A stretch of DNA of 64,000 nucleotides from Octopus sinensis (lineage: Eukaryota), in assembly GCF_006345805.1 (NCBI RefSeq), contig NC_043012.1:20026001-20090000 (forward strand), read 5' to 3'. This document shows, piece after piece, positions 13,126-25,285 of this stretch (position 1 is the stretch's first letter; each line of letters starts with the position of its first letter). The notes below the pieces were generated by a model. It made no database searches, was not told the origin of the DNA, and worked only from the letters and a program-made list of their open reading frames with translations. Position numbers and translations under genes: made by a program.

Positions 13126-13611
13126 GTGTTTCTGAAATTGTTTTCTGAAATTACGGATGCGAAAGTAAAAAAATGTGGTAGACCGAAATGTGGAACATGT
13201 CCAAACCTGCTAGAAGGATCAGAATTCTTCTTCAAAGAGGGACAGAAATTCAAGATCAAATCTAATGTTACTTGTGCCTCTGAAAACATAATTTATGTCA
13301 TAAAATGCTCGGGCTGCCACCAAGACTACGTGGGATCCACGGGACTATCACTCAGACGTAAATGCACACTGCATCGACAACACATTGCATTCCCAGAATA
13401 CAGAATGATACCCTTTAGTGAGCACATTGAGAAATGCGCAAAGCAACTACTACCACAATTTTTAATCTTTCCATTCTACCAATGTGCTATCGGAACACCA
13501 ACACAAATTAGACTAAACAAGGAAACATTCTTCATTGAAAAATACAAGCCCAAACTTAACCATTCCAACATACTTATACAGAGAAACTCAATCCAAAAGA
13601 AAGGCAAATAA
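13126..13611 (+). CDS. PLE GIY-YIG endonuclease domain with Cys-rich linker (5'-truncated, Neptune-like)
   Basis: KCGRPKCGTC...TCASENIIYVIKCSGCHQDYVGST...H...H...ETFFIEKYKPKLN; no internal stops. Confidence 0.9.
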   Translation: MFLKLFSEITDAKVKKCGRPKCGTCPNLLEGSEFFFKEGQKFKIKSNVTCASENIIYVIKCSGCHQDYVGSTGLSLRRKCTLHRQHIAFPEYRMIPFSEHIEKCAKQLLPQFLIFPFYQCAIGTPTQIRLNKETFFIEKYKPKLNHSNILIQRNSIQKKGK

Positions 13612-13689
13612 TTTTAAGCGATTATCTCCCTTACACCGGAAGAAATCACTTATTATCTAGATCTCCGCTCAACGTAAACATAACGATTT

Positions 13690-13729
13690 AAGAAATTTGA
13701 AAAGCTGAACGCGAAACCGGTCATTTCTT
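13690..13729 (+). ncRNA. Minimal type I hammerhead ribozyme, U3-A8 core variant
   Basis: aagaaat-TTGAAAA-gc tgaac gc-GAAA-ccgg-TC/atttctt: 7-bp stem I, palindromic ACCGGT stem III, GUC site; 80 bp after the GIY-YIG stop. Confidence 0.75.
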
Positions 13730-13843
13730 CTAAACTATGTCATTGTATCAAAAAAATTTATAACATTCTTCAGACATATTGACTCAAATATATATATACT
13801 TAACCTTTTAAAACAAGCCTTCTGTAGTTTTTTCACTTTTTAC

Positions 13844-13913
<70 letters not shown>

Positions 13914-13914
13914 T

Positions 13915-14480
13915 TTCTCTGTGTACCTTTTCGTAGAAGAGCGTTGGCTCGAAACGTAAAAGACTTTTTCTATTCCTGAGCGCTATACTAATACAGCTGT
14001 TTGTTTTGTACACCACCTGTCTTCGTCTTTTGATTTTCTTTTCGTAAACTTTCCCTATATATATAAAACTGCATGGCCGCAGCTCTGAGATGAAACTGGA
14101 GAGAAAGAAAGAAATACGAAAAACAGGATAGAAAACGCAATGAAACCGAGTGAAATACCAAAACAAAAACGCAAAGTTCATCATGCAAATATCAAAAGGA
14201 AAATATGTCATAATCAAAGAAAAAATCCACTTTTTAAAGTTAGGATAAATAGACCGGAGAAAGAAAAAACCCAAGAGGAAACATATCCAAAACAACTGAA
14301 TGTATAGATCAGAAAATAATTAATTTATTCAAAAGTCATCTTGACTAAGATGAAATTCAACTTCTGCAAAAAGTACTGTAATTCAGAGCAACAGTCAACC
14401 ACCAAGAAATAAAGGATGATATCCAAAAATTCTGTCGTAGGTTACGGCTTTTAGAATACTTCACTAATAGCAGAGATGAG
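13915..14480 (+). mobile_element. PLE pLTR-like piece and start of the ORF
   Basis: Hammerhead-like gagcgttggctcgaaacgta, then decayed EIKDDIQKFCRRLRLLEYF typical of the PLE N-terminal region. Confidence 0.65.
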
Positions 14481-14589
14481 GCAGAGAACTGAGTTGGTTA
14501 AAACTCACCATCTGCAAAGATGCGGTTGCTATGGTGAGAAGATTCAAGGGTGCTCTAAGCCACTCCAGATTGGGGTGACTGGCATCTAA

Positions 14590-15088
14590 TCCTATCTATA
14601 AAATGAAGAAGGCGAACGTAGATACAAATTAGATTTGTATGTAAAAAGGAGTCTAAATGGGGCTGGAAGAGGATTCAAATTTACAGGAGGGGGTAACTTG
14701 AGGCTGGAAATGGATTGGGAGACGTTTTGTGGTACTACAGTGGTTGCTTCGATATGAAAACTAGGATTTTATTGATTTTGGGGGATACTTGGTGGTCTAG
14801 ATCGGGGACCTTTTTCCCAATTTCTATCAAATTTTCATCAAGGTATAGTGGAAGCGGTTTTGTAATTTAAACGCGGAAATCTATTTTTTTTTTATAAATG
14901 GCAGAGAGATAGATAGAGAAATATAAAGAGTAAGAGAAAGCGAGGGAAAGTCCGAGAGAAAGGAAGAGTAAGAGAGTGGGAAAATAAGAAAGGATAGAGA
15001 AACAAAGAGGGTGAATGTGGTGATAAGAAACGGAAAGGAAGCAACAGAAAGTAACAACCCGCGCGTAGAGCGGGTCATCTTAAGCTAG
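14590..15088 (+). mobile_element. Non-autonomous Helitron
   Basis: 5' a|TC, 3' hairpin acccgc..gcgggt, then CTAG|t. 3' half shared with 41043-42616. Confidence 0.75.
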
Positions 15089-15418
15089 TCTTATTTTTTA
15101 AAGTTCAGTTAACACAGCTACTCCTACCACCACCAGTGCCAACGACAATGATAATAAAGGTGATGATATGAGTGATGACGATAATTGAAATTTTACAACA
15201 TTTCTAAACCTTCTAAAATACAGGTCTCTTCACATGTTCAACAAACCGTAACGCCTAAAACACCAATCAACTTAGGTAAGTTAGTGAAGCCACACACAGG
15301 TTAGAATTCAGCTTGCAAAAATTTACATTCTGGAGCCTATACAAATGTATTTAAGGCACACGTTTTAGCCATCTCACCAGTTGTAAATTGTAAAACATAA
15401 CAGTCATCACTACTACAC

Positions 15419-15461
15419 GAACCTGAAGATTGCATAGCTTAATGCATGAAATCACTAGTTC
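15419..15461 (+). ncRNA. Minimal hammerhead-like motif
   Basis: gaac-CTGAAGA-ttgcat agctta atgcat-GAAA-tcac-TA/gttc; stem III is poor. Confidence 0.5.
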
Positions 15462-15523
15462 AATCAGAATGGACATCTAATATTCTATCATTTCATTATA
15501 TTATATTATATTATATTATATTA

Positions 15524-15590
15524 TTATAAGATTTTAAATAAAACGTGAAAATCAGACAAATTTAGAATTCCTTTGATTAATATCTATATG

Positions 15591-15640
<50 letters not shown>

Positions 15641-15721
15641 GTGTGTGTGTGTGCGTGAGTGTGTTAATCAAAGGACTTCTAAATTTGTCTGATTTTTCAG
15701 GTTATATTTAAAATCGTATAA
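15524..15721. repeat. ~57-bp inverted repeat enclosing a (TA)n(GT)n microsatellite
   Basis: 15524-15580 versus 15664-15721. Confidence 0.85.
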
Positions 15722-16084
15722 TCATTTAACATATTAAAATGATAGAATATTAACTGTTAATTCTGATTGAACTAGTACTTTCCTGCATACATATGTACAC
15801 ACACACATAATACATACATACATACATACATACATACATACATACATACATACATACGTACGTACATACATACATACATACATACATACATAATGCATAC
15901 ATACATACGTACATACATACATACATGCATGCATTCATATGAAAATCGAATAAACTGGAAAGTTGGTCTTAAAATTACATAAAGTAAAGAATTTTTAATT
16001 GTATTTCACTGCCGGCGAATTCTGTTACGCTAGGTGGTACTAGTTTCAAAATCGGAAGTAGAATGGCCATTGTTATTTCCTAAC

Positions 16085-16141
16085 CTTAGTTGATAGACAG
16101 ATAACAACTGTGAACCGCGATTTAAAATGTTCCTTCCGTAG
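16085..16141 (-). CDS. Exon (57 nt): YGRNILNRGSQLLSVYQL(R)
   Basis: T-rich tract then ccag|CTACGG...CTAAG|gttagg; open in phase 2. Confidence 0.7.
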
Positions 16142-16585
16142 CTGGAAAAAAACCCCACTTTTCCATTTCCAGGTTAAAACAATTAATATTACAACTAAAT
16201 TTTATTAATTTACATACTCTGCTATGTCAGAATCTGTAGCTGAATAAGTTTTGGAGTACGTCATTTATACATTTTATTTGCTACTATAAAGTTCTCTATC
16301 GTAGGAAAGATTAGTAATGTAATTTTCCCAGGCACAAATGCGTATTGCCGTTCGTGTTTGATTACGCCCGACTTTGATCTAATTTAGTGATATTCTAAGA
16401 CAAGCTAACGTAATAACTATTTCAAATTAATAATGTGTTTTTTTTATAAGGGAAACAATTTGTATCATTGACCTTAAATGTTACTAGAAATATCAATGTC
16501 CACCAGGCTAACCTTGGTATTAAACGTCCTCATAATGTAGAGATAGGACACGTACACTCAACAGAGATTGATATTGTATACTTAC

Positions 16586-16609
16586 TGATTTGTGCTGCTG
16601 GTATCATCG
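16586..16609 (-). CDS. Microexon (24 nt): DDTSSTN(H)
   Basis: cattttcctttacattcag|CGATGA...AATCA|gtaagt; phase 0 has a stop. Confidence 0.8.
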
Positions 16610-17926
16610 CTGAATGTAAAGGAAAATGAGACAGTTAATATATTAACGAAAATGGTACATTGTCATGATATTCATTGATTAAGATGACATTTTAAAGTTA
16701 AGGGAAACTCTAGGGAAATGAAACTTCTGTCTATAATTATGGAAATAACGGGTGTTTCTGTTATGCATATTTATCCCCGGGTGACCAAAAGTCTTGTCAG
16801 TTGAGAGTGGATTAAATTATTAGTGATTAACGTGTATGTATATGAAAATAAGTGTGTTTTTGTTTGCGTGTGTGTATGTAGAAACCTGTTTGATTAAAGT
16901 AAGCTAGTATGCCATGCATCATAACACTATACGCCACATCATCGTCAGATAAATGTATTTTAGTTCCTTTTCATTGATATTAGTTGAGACGCACAGACAA
17001 ATGAGGAACCACAAGCATATTCATCACAATGATGTGTATATAGGTGCAACAGAATTATATGTAACCATAATTCATAGAGGAAGTAAAAATACATGAATTA
17101 TATAATTTGCAACATTCAAAACTGTTGCAGGATACTTTTCTGTTAATACAAATTATACATTTTCACTGCGGGTATGAAGACTCTCTCAAACAGGGACTCT
17201 TGTTGTTAATTTATAGAATAATCCATATTTCAAAAGCTCTTAGCTTCGATATCTTAATAGAAGCTTTCTCACACAATTATCTGTTTCTTCCACTTACGGT
17301 TGTTTCTTCAATAACATTTGGAACTGAATATTATATATACTCGTTATGCGGGTATATATAACCGAACTTATATAGCATATTGATATTTTATGTAATGCAT
17401 ATCTTTCCTAAGGGAAGCTCATTAAATGAAAGTTGATTAGATACCATTCGCAATGTTGTAAACTCTATCGGCTAAGGTGATAATTCATATACACATGAAG
17501 GCGGTACATTGACGTAACATTCATGGATTGGATGTAGTTTGTTTCATTTGAAAACCTGTGCAACTGTGATCTTAAGGAGATTGATGTTCATCATGAATAT
17601 TTTTAAAGGGATGCTGTTTTGAAAACATGGATCGGTTGAACACTTTGCATGTTGAATTTCTATCACACATGTCCTGCAGGGCAGAGCATAGTTGAATTCA
17701 TTTCGTTACGCTAGCAGTTGACGAGGAAGGACAGACCATGTTCGGACCCTGTGATATGCACGCAGGTTCGCTAGGATATAATATCATTAATTATAAATAT
17801 AGATTCTGTAGAATATTTGAGGTTTATATTGTGAGTTAAATATTTATATAGCATAATCCGTACAATATTATTTGTGTATAAGATGAATAAGGATGATTCC
17901 CACAAAGACGTTTAAAGAAAGGCTAC

Positions 17927-17947
17927 CTTTTGTCGTAGGTGGTTTCA
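17927..17947 (-). CDS. Candidate microexon (21 nt): ETTYDK(S)
   Basis: ctctcctattaaatccag|TGAAAC...AAAAG|gtagcc; weaker donor; open in phase 2. Confidence 0.5.
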
Positions 17948-18132
17948 CTGGATTTAATAGGAGAGGTAGATATCAATCTATTGTTGCGCTCTGGCAGTAA
18001 CACTGTGCCTAATAATATAGAGTTCCCTAAATTTCTAACTCGCTGGAACACAAATCTTCATCAAGTGTTTGCACAAGTGATGGAATATTACAGCAATCGA
18101 GTATTTAGGACAATTCGTTTTCCAATACTTAC

Positions 18133-18168
18133 CCTCCTATTCCCAGGAAACCTGAGAGCGCGTCAGAC
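18133..18168 (-). CDS. Microexon (36 nt): [11 protein letters not shown](G)
   Basis: tatttttcag|GTCTGA...GGAGG|gtaagt; phases 0 and 1 contain stops, only phase 2 is open. Confidence 0.8.
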
Positions 18169-18206
18169 CTGAAAAATATTGATGTATAAGCAATTATATA
18201 TATATT

Positions 18207-18314
<108 letters not shown>

Positions 18315-18351
18315 TAGATATAGATATATATATATTATAAAAATTACAGAA

Positions 18352-18394
<43 letters not shown>

Positions 18395-18425
18395 AATTTC
18401 AGTTATAATGTTCTTTTTCTTTGTG

Positions 18426-18513
18426 CAGCTGAAGATGGCTCTACATTTTATATTGATGTAATGAAATGATTACATTGTTCAATTAAATGGAGTCGCATGA
18501 AACGATCGTACTG
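18426..18513 (+). ncRNA. Hammerhead motif with long stem II and palindromic stem III ACGATCGT
   Basis: cag-CTGAAGA...GAAACGATCGTA/ctg. Family copies at 22685, 27600-27870 and 50325. Confidence 0.6.
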
Positions 18514-18963
18514 AATTACCTCTGGATATCCTTGTTGCTTATCATATATATATATATATATATATCCAACAGGTGAGAACAAGATATTCTCAGTTTAGTA
18601 ATGCTCGAATGATTCCAACTAAGAATTAGATGTAGCCAATTCCGCAGAGTAAGAAATGAACATAAGAGGAATCATTACATTTAACACCTTGCGGTTGATA
18701 TACAAGATATGTATACACGTATGCGTGCAAAGGAAGAGAAATAAAAGGCGAAACAATTTCTGACGTTCTAAGTATTACGGAGATGTACTTGCATAGCAAG
18801 TGACCTGATCTGAGATTGTGTGCTGGAACGAAAACAATTGAGGCGTGGAAGGTGTTTATAAGCCTTTTAAGAAACACTCAAAAACCGTTAGATTCATTTC
18901 AACATTTAAATTTAATTTCTCAAAATATTTTCGTCGCTCTGAGACTGCGACCTGTTCACTCAC

Positions 18964-18978
18964 CTGGACGCAGGGAAA
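18964..18978 (-). CDS. Microexon (15 nt): FPAS(R)
   Basis: tttttttcatatag|TTTCCCTGCGTCCAG|gtgagt. It lies only 42 nt from the upstream exon. Confidence 0.65.
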
Positions 18979-19020
18979 CTATATGAAAAAAATATATATG
19001 AAATTTCTAAATATACTTAC

Positions 19021-19059
19021 GCAATATTTCCTAAGAAACCAGCAAATGCGCCGCCTGCA
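19021..19059 (-). CDS. Microexon (39 nt): AGGAFAGFLGNI(A)
   Basis: attgtatttcag|TGCAGG...ATTGC|gtaagt; open in phase 2. Confidence 0.8.
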
Positions 19060-19302
19060 CTGAAATACAATATAAATGAAAATCCATAAATAAATAAAGA
19101 ACATCTTAGGGTATTATAAGTATTTTTTAATCACTCGTGCATATTTTTGAATGTAACTTTAAGTAATATTTGAATATATATTTTTAAAAGAATGTGCAGT
19201 TTATTCAATACGCCATGCGCGAAATTGCGACCAAATAATTCCTCTTTTGAATGATTGTTGAATGACTGTTATGATATATATGTATGTGTGTGCGTGTGTT
19301 AC

Positions 19303-19339
<37 letters not shown>

Positions 19340-19357
19340 TATATGTGTATTACATAT

Positions 19358-19698
19358 GGAGGCGCATGGCTCAGTGGTTAGAGCGTCTAGCTTACGATCG
19401 TGAGGTTGTGAGTTCGAATCCCGGACCGGGCTGCGTGTTGTGTTCTTGAGCAAAGCACTTTATTTCACGTTGCTCCAGTTCACTCAGCTGTAGAAATGAG
19501 TTGCGACGTCACTGGTGCCAAGCTGTATCGACCTTTGTCTTTCCCTTGGATAACACTGGTGGCGTGGAGAGGGGAGGCCGGTATGCATGGGCGACTGCTG
19601 GTCTTCCATAAAAACAACCTTGCCCAGACTTGTGCCTCAGAGGGTAACTCTCTAGGTGCAAACCCATGGTCACACATGACCGAAGGGGGTCTTTACCC
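19358..19698 (+). mobile_element. tRNA-derived SINE family C, full length (5'-truncated copy at 8790-9050)
   Basis: A box tggctcagtggttag, B box gttcgaatc, then a CORE-like gtgttcttgagcaaagcactt and about 250 bp of non-tRNA body. Confidence 0.85.
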
Positions 19699-19859
19699 TT
19701 TTATTACGTATGGACATATATAAACTTTTGTATATATTTATATTTTCTTATAAGATAAAATACGTACATTTATTTTATTATTTTATTGTTTCTATCTTAG
19801 ATCTGATGAGTAACTATATTTAAATTGAATTGATTTTACTGCTATCAGTTTCAAAACAT

Positions 19860-20618
19860 TGCCACGAAACACATGTTGTGTATTTACTAATTATATATAT
19901 AATTCTGATATACCCATGGACTATAGTGACTCAGCGGAGGTAACTAATTTAGTAGGGACTTATTCATTAAAATGCATAAGTAGAGAGATCCACGAATTAC
20001 AACGGTGTTTATATAGGGTCTATGCATTATTTATCGTCCCTAGTAATAATAAATTGGTAATTGAGAGAATAGGGAAGAACATTAGCAGGTTTTCCAAGGA
20101 TCTCAACTTAGATATCACTTAAGATTATAACACTAAGATAGTTAACCTACTAGATGTTACTTAAGATTTAAACTCAAAATTATATTACCCATATAGTAAA
20201 GATGGTGACGTTACTAGATACGTTAATAAATTATCAAATCACCCCCTAATATACTGAAATCGATAGTTAAATGTATTTCGGAAGAATGTCAAAATTATCT
20301 TCTAACAATGAAATTTTTAATTCTCATTCACTTCATTACAATGTTGCCTTATCAAGAGCAGGATATGACCAGGAAATCACCTTCCTAGATCTTGATAATA
20401 TAAATCTGTCAAAATGAAAAACTGAATAAAAATAGCTAAGATAATATAGAATCTTCAACTTTAAAATAATATAAATCAGCCAAAACAGATAACCTAGTAT
20501 ATAATCGCGATACAATAAATGAAAATGGAAAACAGGACATAAATAAGTATAGAAAGGTTAATCTAGATAAAATAAATACAAATAATAATATAAAAATATC
20601 TCCCACTGATAAAAATAC

Positions 20619-20692
<74 letters not shown>

Positions 20693-21009
20693 TATATAAA
20701 TAGGATTATAGAGAATAACAAAACACTAAGGGATATAGATAACATTAATCTTTTCCACCCTTACTCAAATAAAACATTCAAAAGAAAAAATGTTGTATGG
20801 CTAAATATTCCTTTCAACTAGGGCAACTTCTACGAATATATACGGCAAATTTATGTCCATGCTAGAAACAAACTTCGCTACTTCCCATGAATATTATAAA
20901 ATAATTTCTAGTAAATCAGTGAGAATATCATACTCTACTCTTCCAAATATAGGTACCATATAGACTAAATAGAAAAAATATTAAGTTAGCCAGAAATGTT
21001 ATAAATAGC

Positions 21010-21094
<85 letters not shown>

Positions 21095-22680
21095 TCAATA
21101 TAAACAATAATAATAATAATAATATCAATAATATTTATGATAATAATGAAAATGTCAAAAGTGAGTAAATAGAGAAAACATTAGTAACAACCAACCCCAA
21201 CTTACATAACAATATAATTATAGATAAGGGAAATAACACTAATGTTAATAATAGGTCTAATAATAAAAATGAAAACAGCGTCTTCCTAAATAATACTAAT
21301 ATCAGAAATCAACCCCCAGTTGTAATTGTAGAATTAGATCAAGATGTTCAGTATCTGGTCGGTGTCTGGTTCAAAACGTAAGTTATAAATGTACAGTAAT
21401 GACTTCAAATATTAGCTATTTTTATTTCGGATGTTCGATAGACCTGAAAACGTTTGAACAATCATCCCTCTAGTTTTAGACTTAAACATAAAGCGGGTTG
21501 CACAACGCTGTCCAATAAAATTAGGGAATTGAAAGGAAAAAATCGAATTTAACCTAAAATGGGATATAATAAGAAAGGCACAGCCTTATAAAAATAGTAG
21601 AGATGGATGTGAACTTTGTTCTATGGAATCATATGAAATTTTGAACCATAGGAATAATATAAACTTATTGAATAACCGTTCTGAACTAGGAGTATCCTGC
21701 ATACATTGTGCCACCCGTACATTAAATATTTTAAATAATAGCATTCTGACTATTCCTAAATTTTCAAATCTTAATGTTTTGTAACCAAATAAGGAAATAA
21801 TATACCGTACTAGCTTTTATTTAAGCTGCATAGAGTATTAAGGAATTGTATAATATAAATAAATTGAATAAGTGAAACTTAAATCTTTTGATACTTTCCT
21901 ATATAGTATTGCATAAATTCCACATAACTACTGAAAGTTATTTAGTTTATCTTGATTACTTCCCTTCCATAAAATTTTAATATATCTTATGGGCTCTTGA
22001 TATATGTGCTAATTGATAAGGTTTTTCTTACTTGTAATAAATATTATGCCTATCATCATATAACTCATTAATAAAAAATATCACAATTTACTAACTAACT
22101 ATAAATCTATATTAATAAAAATCTGATATATATATATATTCATATAAATATGAAATGATTTCTATATTCCCCATCCCTATATACGATGCTAAAATTTATT
22201 AAAATCCTTTGGAAAAAAACTATCTAAAGGATATTTATTTAAAATCACAAGCACGATTATGACTGTTAAATGGTTAATAACATTAGAAATCTCTAGAGCA
22301 TTAGCTGTCTCTAGTCTCCCTACCCCACTAGCTTCAACCTATTAAATTTAGCTAAAAACGATTCAAATATGCCAAAGTTAAATTCCTCATAATAGGGTTG
22401 GATTTATAGCTCTAACATTTATACTACCCTTTCATCTATCTATAAATAGAAAAAAATTCTTGCTTGTCTCCACTGAACCAAATAAATAAACATCCACCAT
22501 TGAAAAATCTAAATAACAAAGTGAACTCAGTGATAACAAATTTTCCCATGGAGAAGGAACTTCTACTACCATGTTCTTAATGATGAAATTAACCTCTCTG
22601 TCTATATATCTACCCTCTTTGTAATGTTGGAAAATGGAATAAGTATAAAAATAATCATTATCTATTTAATTAAAAAAATT
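19860..22680 (+). mobile_element. Decayed PLE: RT C-terminus, thumb, second GIY-YIG type and long AT-rich 3' region
   Basis: LLDVT / SNHPPNILKSI / ALSRAGY / KRKNVVWLNIPFN / SVRISYSTLPNI / GRCLVQNV.YKCTV...YFYFGCS...WDIIRKAQPY...CELCSMESYEI. Interrupted by (TA)n and (AAT)n. Confidence 0.85.
21009..21130. repeat. (AAT)n microsatellite inside a PLE linker
   Basis: Direct reading. Confidence 0.95.
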
Positions 22681-22902
22681 CTATATGTGGCTGAAGAGTG
22701 CTCTAGATTTTAAAACTGATGTAATACTTACATTGTTTAATTAAATGAAGTAGCATGAAGCGATTTTACTACACTACCTTGGATATCCATGTTGCTTATT
22801 TTGATTATAATCACCCCATTTGATTTATATGGATAATACCATACCAAATTCTGGTGCCTTAAACTTAAGTACCATATTCATCTGAATCTAAATTTTGCTG
22901 AA

Positions 22903-22955
<53 letters not shown>

Positions 22956-23289
22956 ATGTGTGTGTGTGTGTGTTTGTTCGGACCCTGTGATATGCATGCA
23001 AGTTTGCAAGGGTACAATATTATTAATTATAAATATAGATTTTCTAGAATATTTGAGGTTTAAATTGTGAGTTAAATATTTATATAGCGTACAAGATATT
23101 TAACTAGTGAGTAATTTAAAATATAAGAGATTTCGATGCGTCCATCTTATCAAATATTAAATCGCATTTTATAGGAAGTCAAAGAGAAATAAGCTGGGGT
23201 TAATAATTTGTAGCCATGTTTTAGTGCATAGTGAAATTTTACCGCAGCGTCATTCCTAATATATGTTTTGTCTATATAGGTTCGACGTT

Positions 23290-23900
23290 CTGTTCAAGTG
23301 TTTAAGTTCCAGTTATGTTATTGAAAAGAAGTCGTTTGAATTAAATAAGTGAGTACTGTCATAGTATGGCGATTGTGCGGTGAGTGTTTGTGTTTGTGTA
23401 CGTAGTTTGGGAATATCTTGTAAAAGGAATTCTCTGTGTTTCTTTTTTTGTCTTTTTTCCATTGAGAGAATATGGAGAGTGGTTATGGATGGCCATTCGA
23501 AACATTTAGAAGGAATTATTTTTCATTTGCTCTTTGTGGTTGTGTTGTTTTATCTTTGTGAGCGTATGTGTGTATGTGTGTCTGTTTGCGTGTGCGTATG
23601 TGTGTTTGTATGTGTGTGTGTGTATGCGTGCTGCTTTTGTTCTTTGGAAATAGTTTTATATAAGCGTTTGTTTTTTTGTGATTTCGAGGAATGTTTTGTG
23701 CATGTGTGTTATTGTGATGCGCATGTGTGTATGTGTGATTGTAATTTTGACAGATAATCATTCATTGGTTAATAGTAGGTGTTTATATATATATAGTTGT
23801 GGTTTAAATCTCTTTAGGAAACATAAAGTGGGTCAGGGTGATATGAGGTACATTTCAATGATTTGCAAGGGACGATAATGTTGGCTCATATGCATATTAG
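23290..23900 (-). mobile_element. PLE 3' end remnant
   Basis: Minus strand ...LCFLKRFKPQLYI resembles the end of the GIY-YIG domain, followed by a UTR-like tract. Confidence 0.5.
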
Positions 23901-24021
23901 TAGTTTACCTATAGATTAATAAGGCAGGGTTTGTGGTGAATATGTAGAATACAAAAAATAAATGTAAGAATAGATGAGATGGCCAGAATGGTCTTTGAAT
24001 TATATGTATATACATACATAT

Positions 24022-24067
<46 letters not shown>

Positions 24068-24071
<4 letters not shown>

Positions 24072-24413
24072 TAATAAGAGTAATAACAACTAAAGTGAAT
24101 TCCTAATATGCTAAAGATAGACGTCAAATCGCCTATCACGAAGAGTGTGTTCGCAAAGAAGTTTCACCAAACGCCAGAATGTAAAAATAAACAAAGAGGA
24201 GTTACAGATATTTCATTTTATATTATGCAAGGCTTAATAACGAAATCATGATACGCAGGTAATCGTTTATTTTGCATATTTTCATTTGTTTGTTTTTACA
24301 TTCTGGCGTTTGCTGAGCTTTTTCTTGAGAACACACTCCTCGTGATAAGGCGATTTGACGTCTATTTTAGCATATTAGAAATCCACTTTAGTGGTCATTC
24401 CTCTTATTAATTG
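24068..24413. mobile_element. MITE (346 bp) with ~130-bp terminal inverted repeats, inserted in (TA)n
   Basis: ta|caattaataagag...ctcttattaattg|ta. Confidence 0.85.
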
Positions 24414-24461
<48 letters not shown>

Positions 24462-24489
24462 GCTCAGGGGCCTACGCAAAGTTGCAGAT

Positions 24490-24730
24490 AGCAGATGTAC
24501 GTGAAGCTATGAGGGAAATCATCGAAACACCATCCATAAGGTATCAGAGATTTTGCAGATTATTTACGGTTCAGCCCAGGCCGTTATCACGAAAAATTTC
24601 CGTATGAGATGCGTGTATGCCACGTTTGTGCCAAAACTGCTTTCAGATCTCCAAGGATACACTCGAGTTTCAGTTGCGCAGGATTTCCTTCATTATGTCA
24701 ATAAATATGAAACCCTTTTGAAAACTTTGT
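24490..24730 (+). mobile_element. mariner transposase fragment (second HTH, WVPHEL-type motif)
   Basis: IIYGSAQAVITKNFRMRCVYATFVPKLLSD. Confidence 0.75.
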
Positions 24731-25024
24731 GTAAGCCTCTCAGTATGTATCGCCAAGCTTTTGGTAAATGTGATACAGATTATCTGCTATATATTTTCAA
24801 TGATCAAAGCGACTATCACACGCTACACACATTCCTTCCAAGCACTGCTCTAAACGGTGGAAGTGAGCTAGAATGTTATAACTTAGTACGCTCTCATACC
24901 AGGGTTCGATGTCACTCCGTGCCAAGCGGCTTCACTCTGCTTTAGCTTCGTTACTATAGCAACACTCGGAGACTTATTGATCAGACAACATAGATACATA
25001 CATATATCTAACATATGTGTGTGT

Positions 25025-25072
<48 letters not shown>

Positions 25073-25255
25073 GACATATGTATATATATTTGTACGGATG
25101 TATGCATGTGGGTGTTTAGGAAATGCTACGTCTTATAGTTTTCTCTCCTTTCAGTTGCAAATGTTAAAGAATAGGTATTTTGTATATACACATGTGAACG
25201 ACATGCTATAGGAAACAACATTCACATTAATATATTCCAAAATTCAATGACTTAC

Positions 25256-25285
25256 ATCGATAGTGCTTCTTTGCCAAGACTAGCT
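25256..25285 (-). CDS. Microexon (30 nt): ASLGKEALS(I)
   Basis: ttcttttcccttacag|AGCTAG...TCGAT|gtaagt; phase 0 has a stop, phase 2 is open. Confidence 0.8.

Noticed and set aside
13926-13962. Hammerhead-like cgtagaa-gagc gttg gctc-GAAACGTA
   Set aside because: Stems fit but the core does not match CUGANGA; cannot be called functional from this copy.
16218-16239. Minus-strand 22-nt or 16-nt exon candidate with gtatgt donor
   Set aside because: Not a multiple of 3 and has a stop in phase 2.
17298-17323. Minus-strand 26-nt exon candidate with gtaagt donor (VPNVIEETT in phase 1-0)
   Set aside because: Stop in phase 2 and no convincing partner exons to restore frame. Kept out of the model, though it could be a poison or alternative exon.
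19358-19430. tRNA gene (Val-like anticodon TAC); also 51577-51650
   Set aside because: Continues into a SINE body that is repeated elsewhere; acceptor stem not intact.
25155-25174. Plus-strand exon-like site pair (20 nt)
   Set aside because: Isolated, not a multiple of 3, and no plus-strand chain was found; treated as background.
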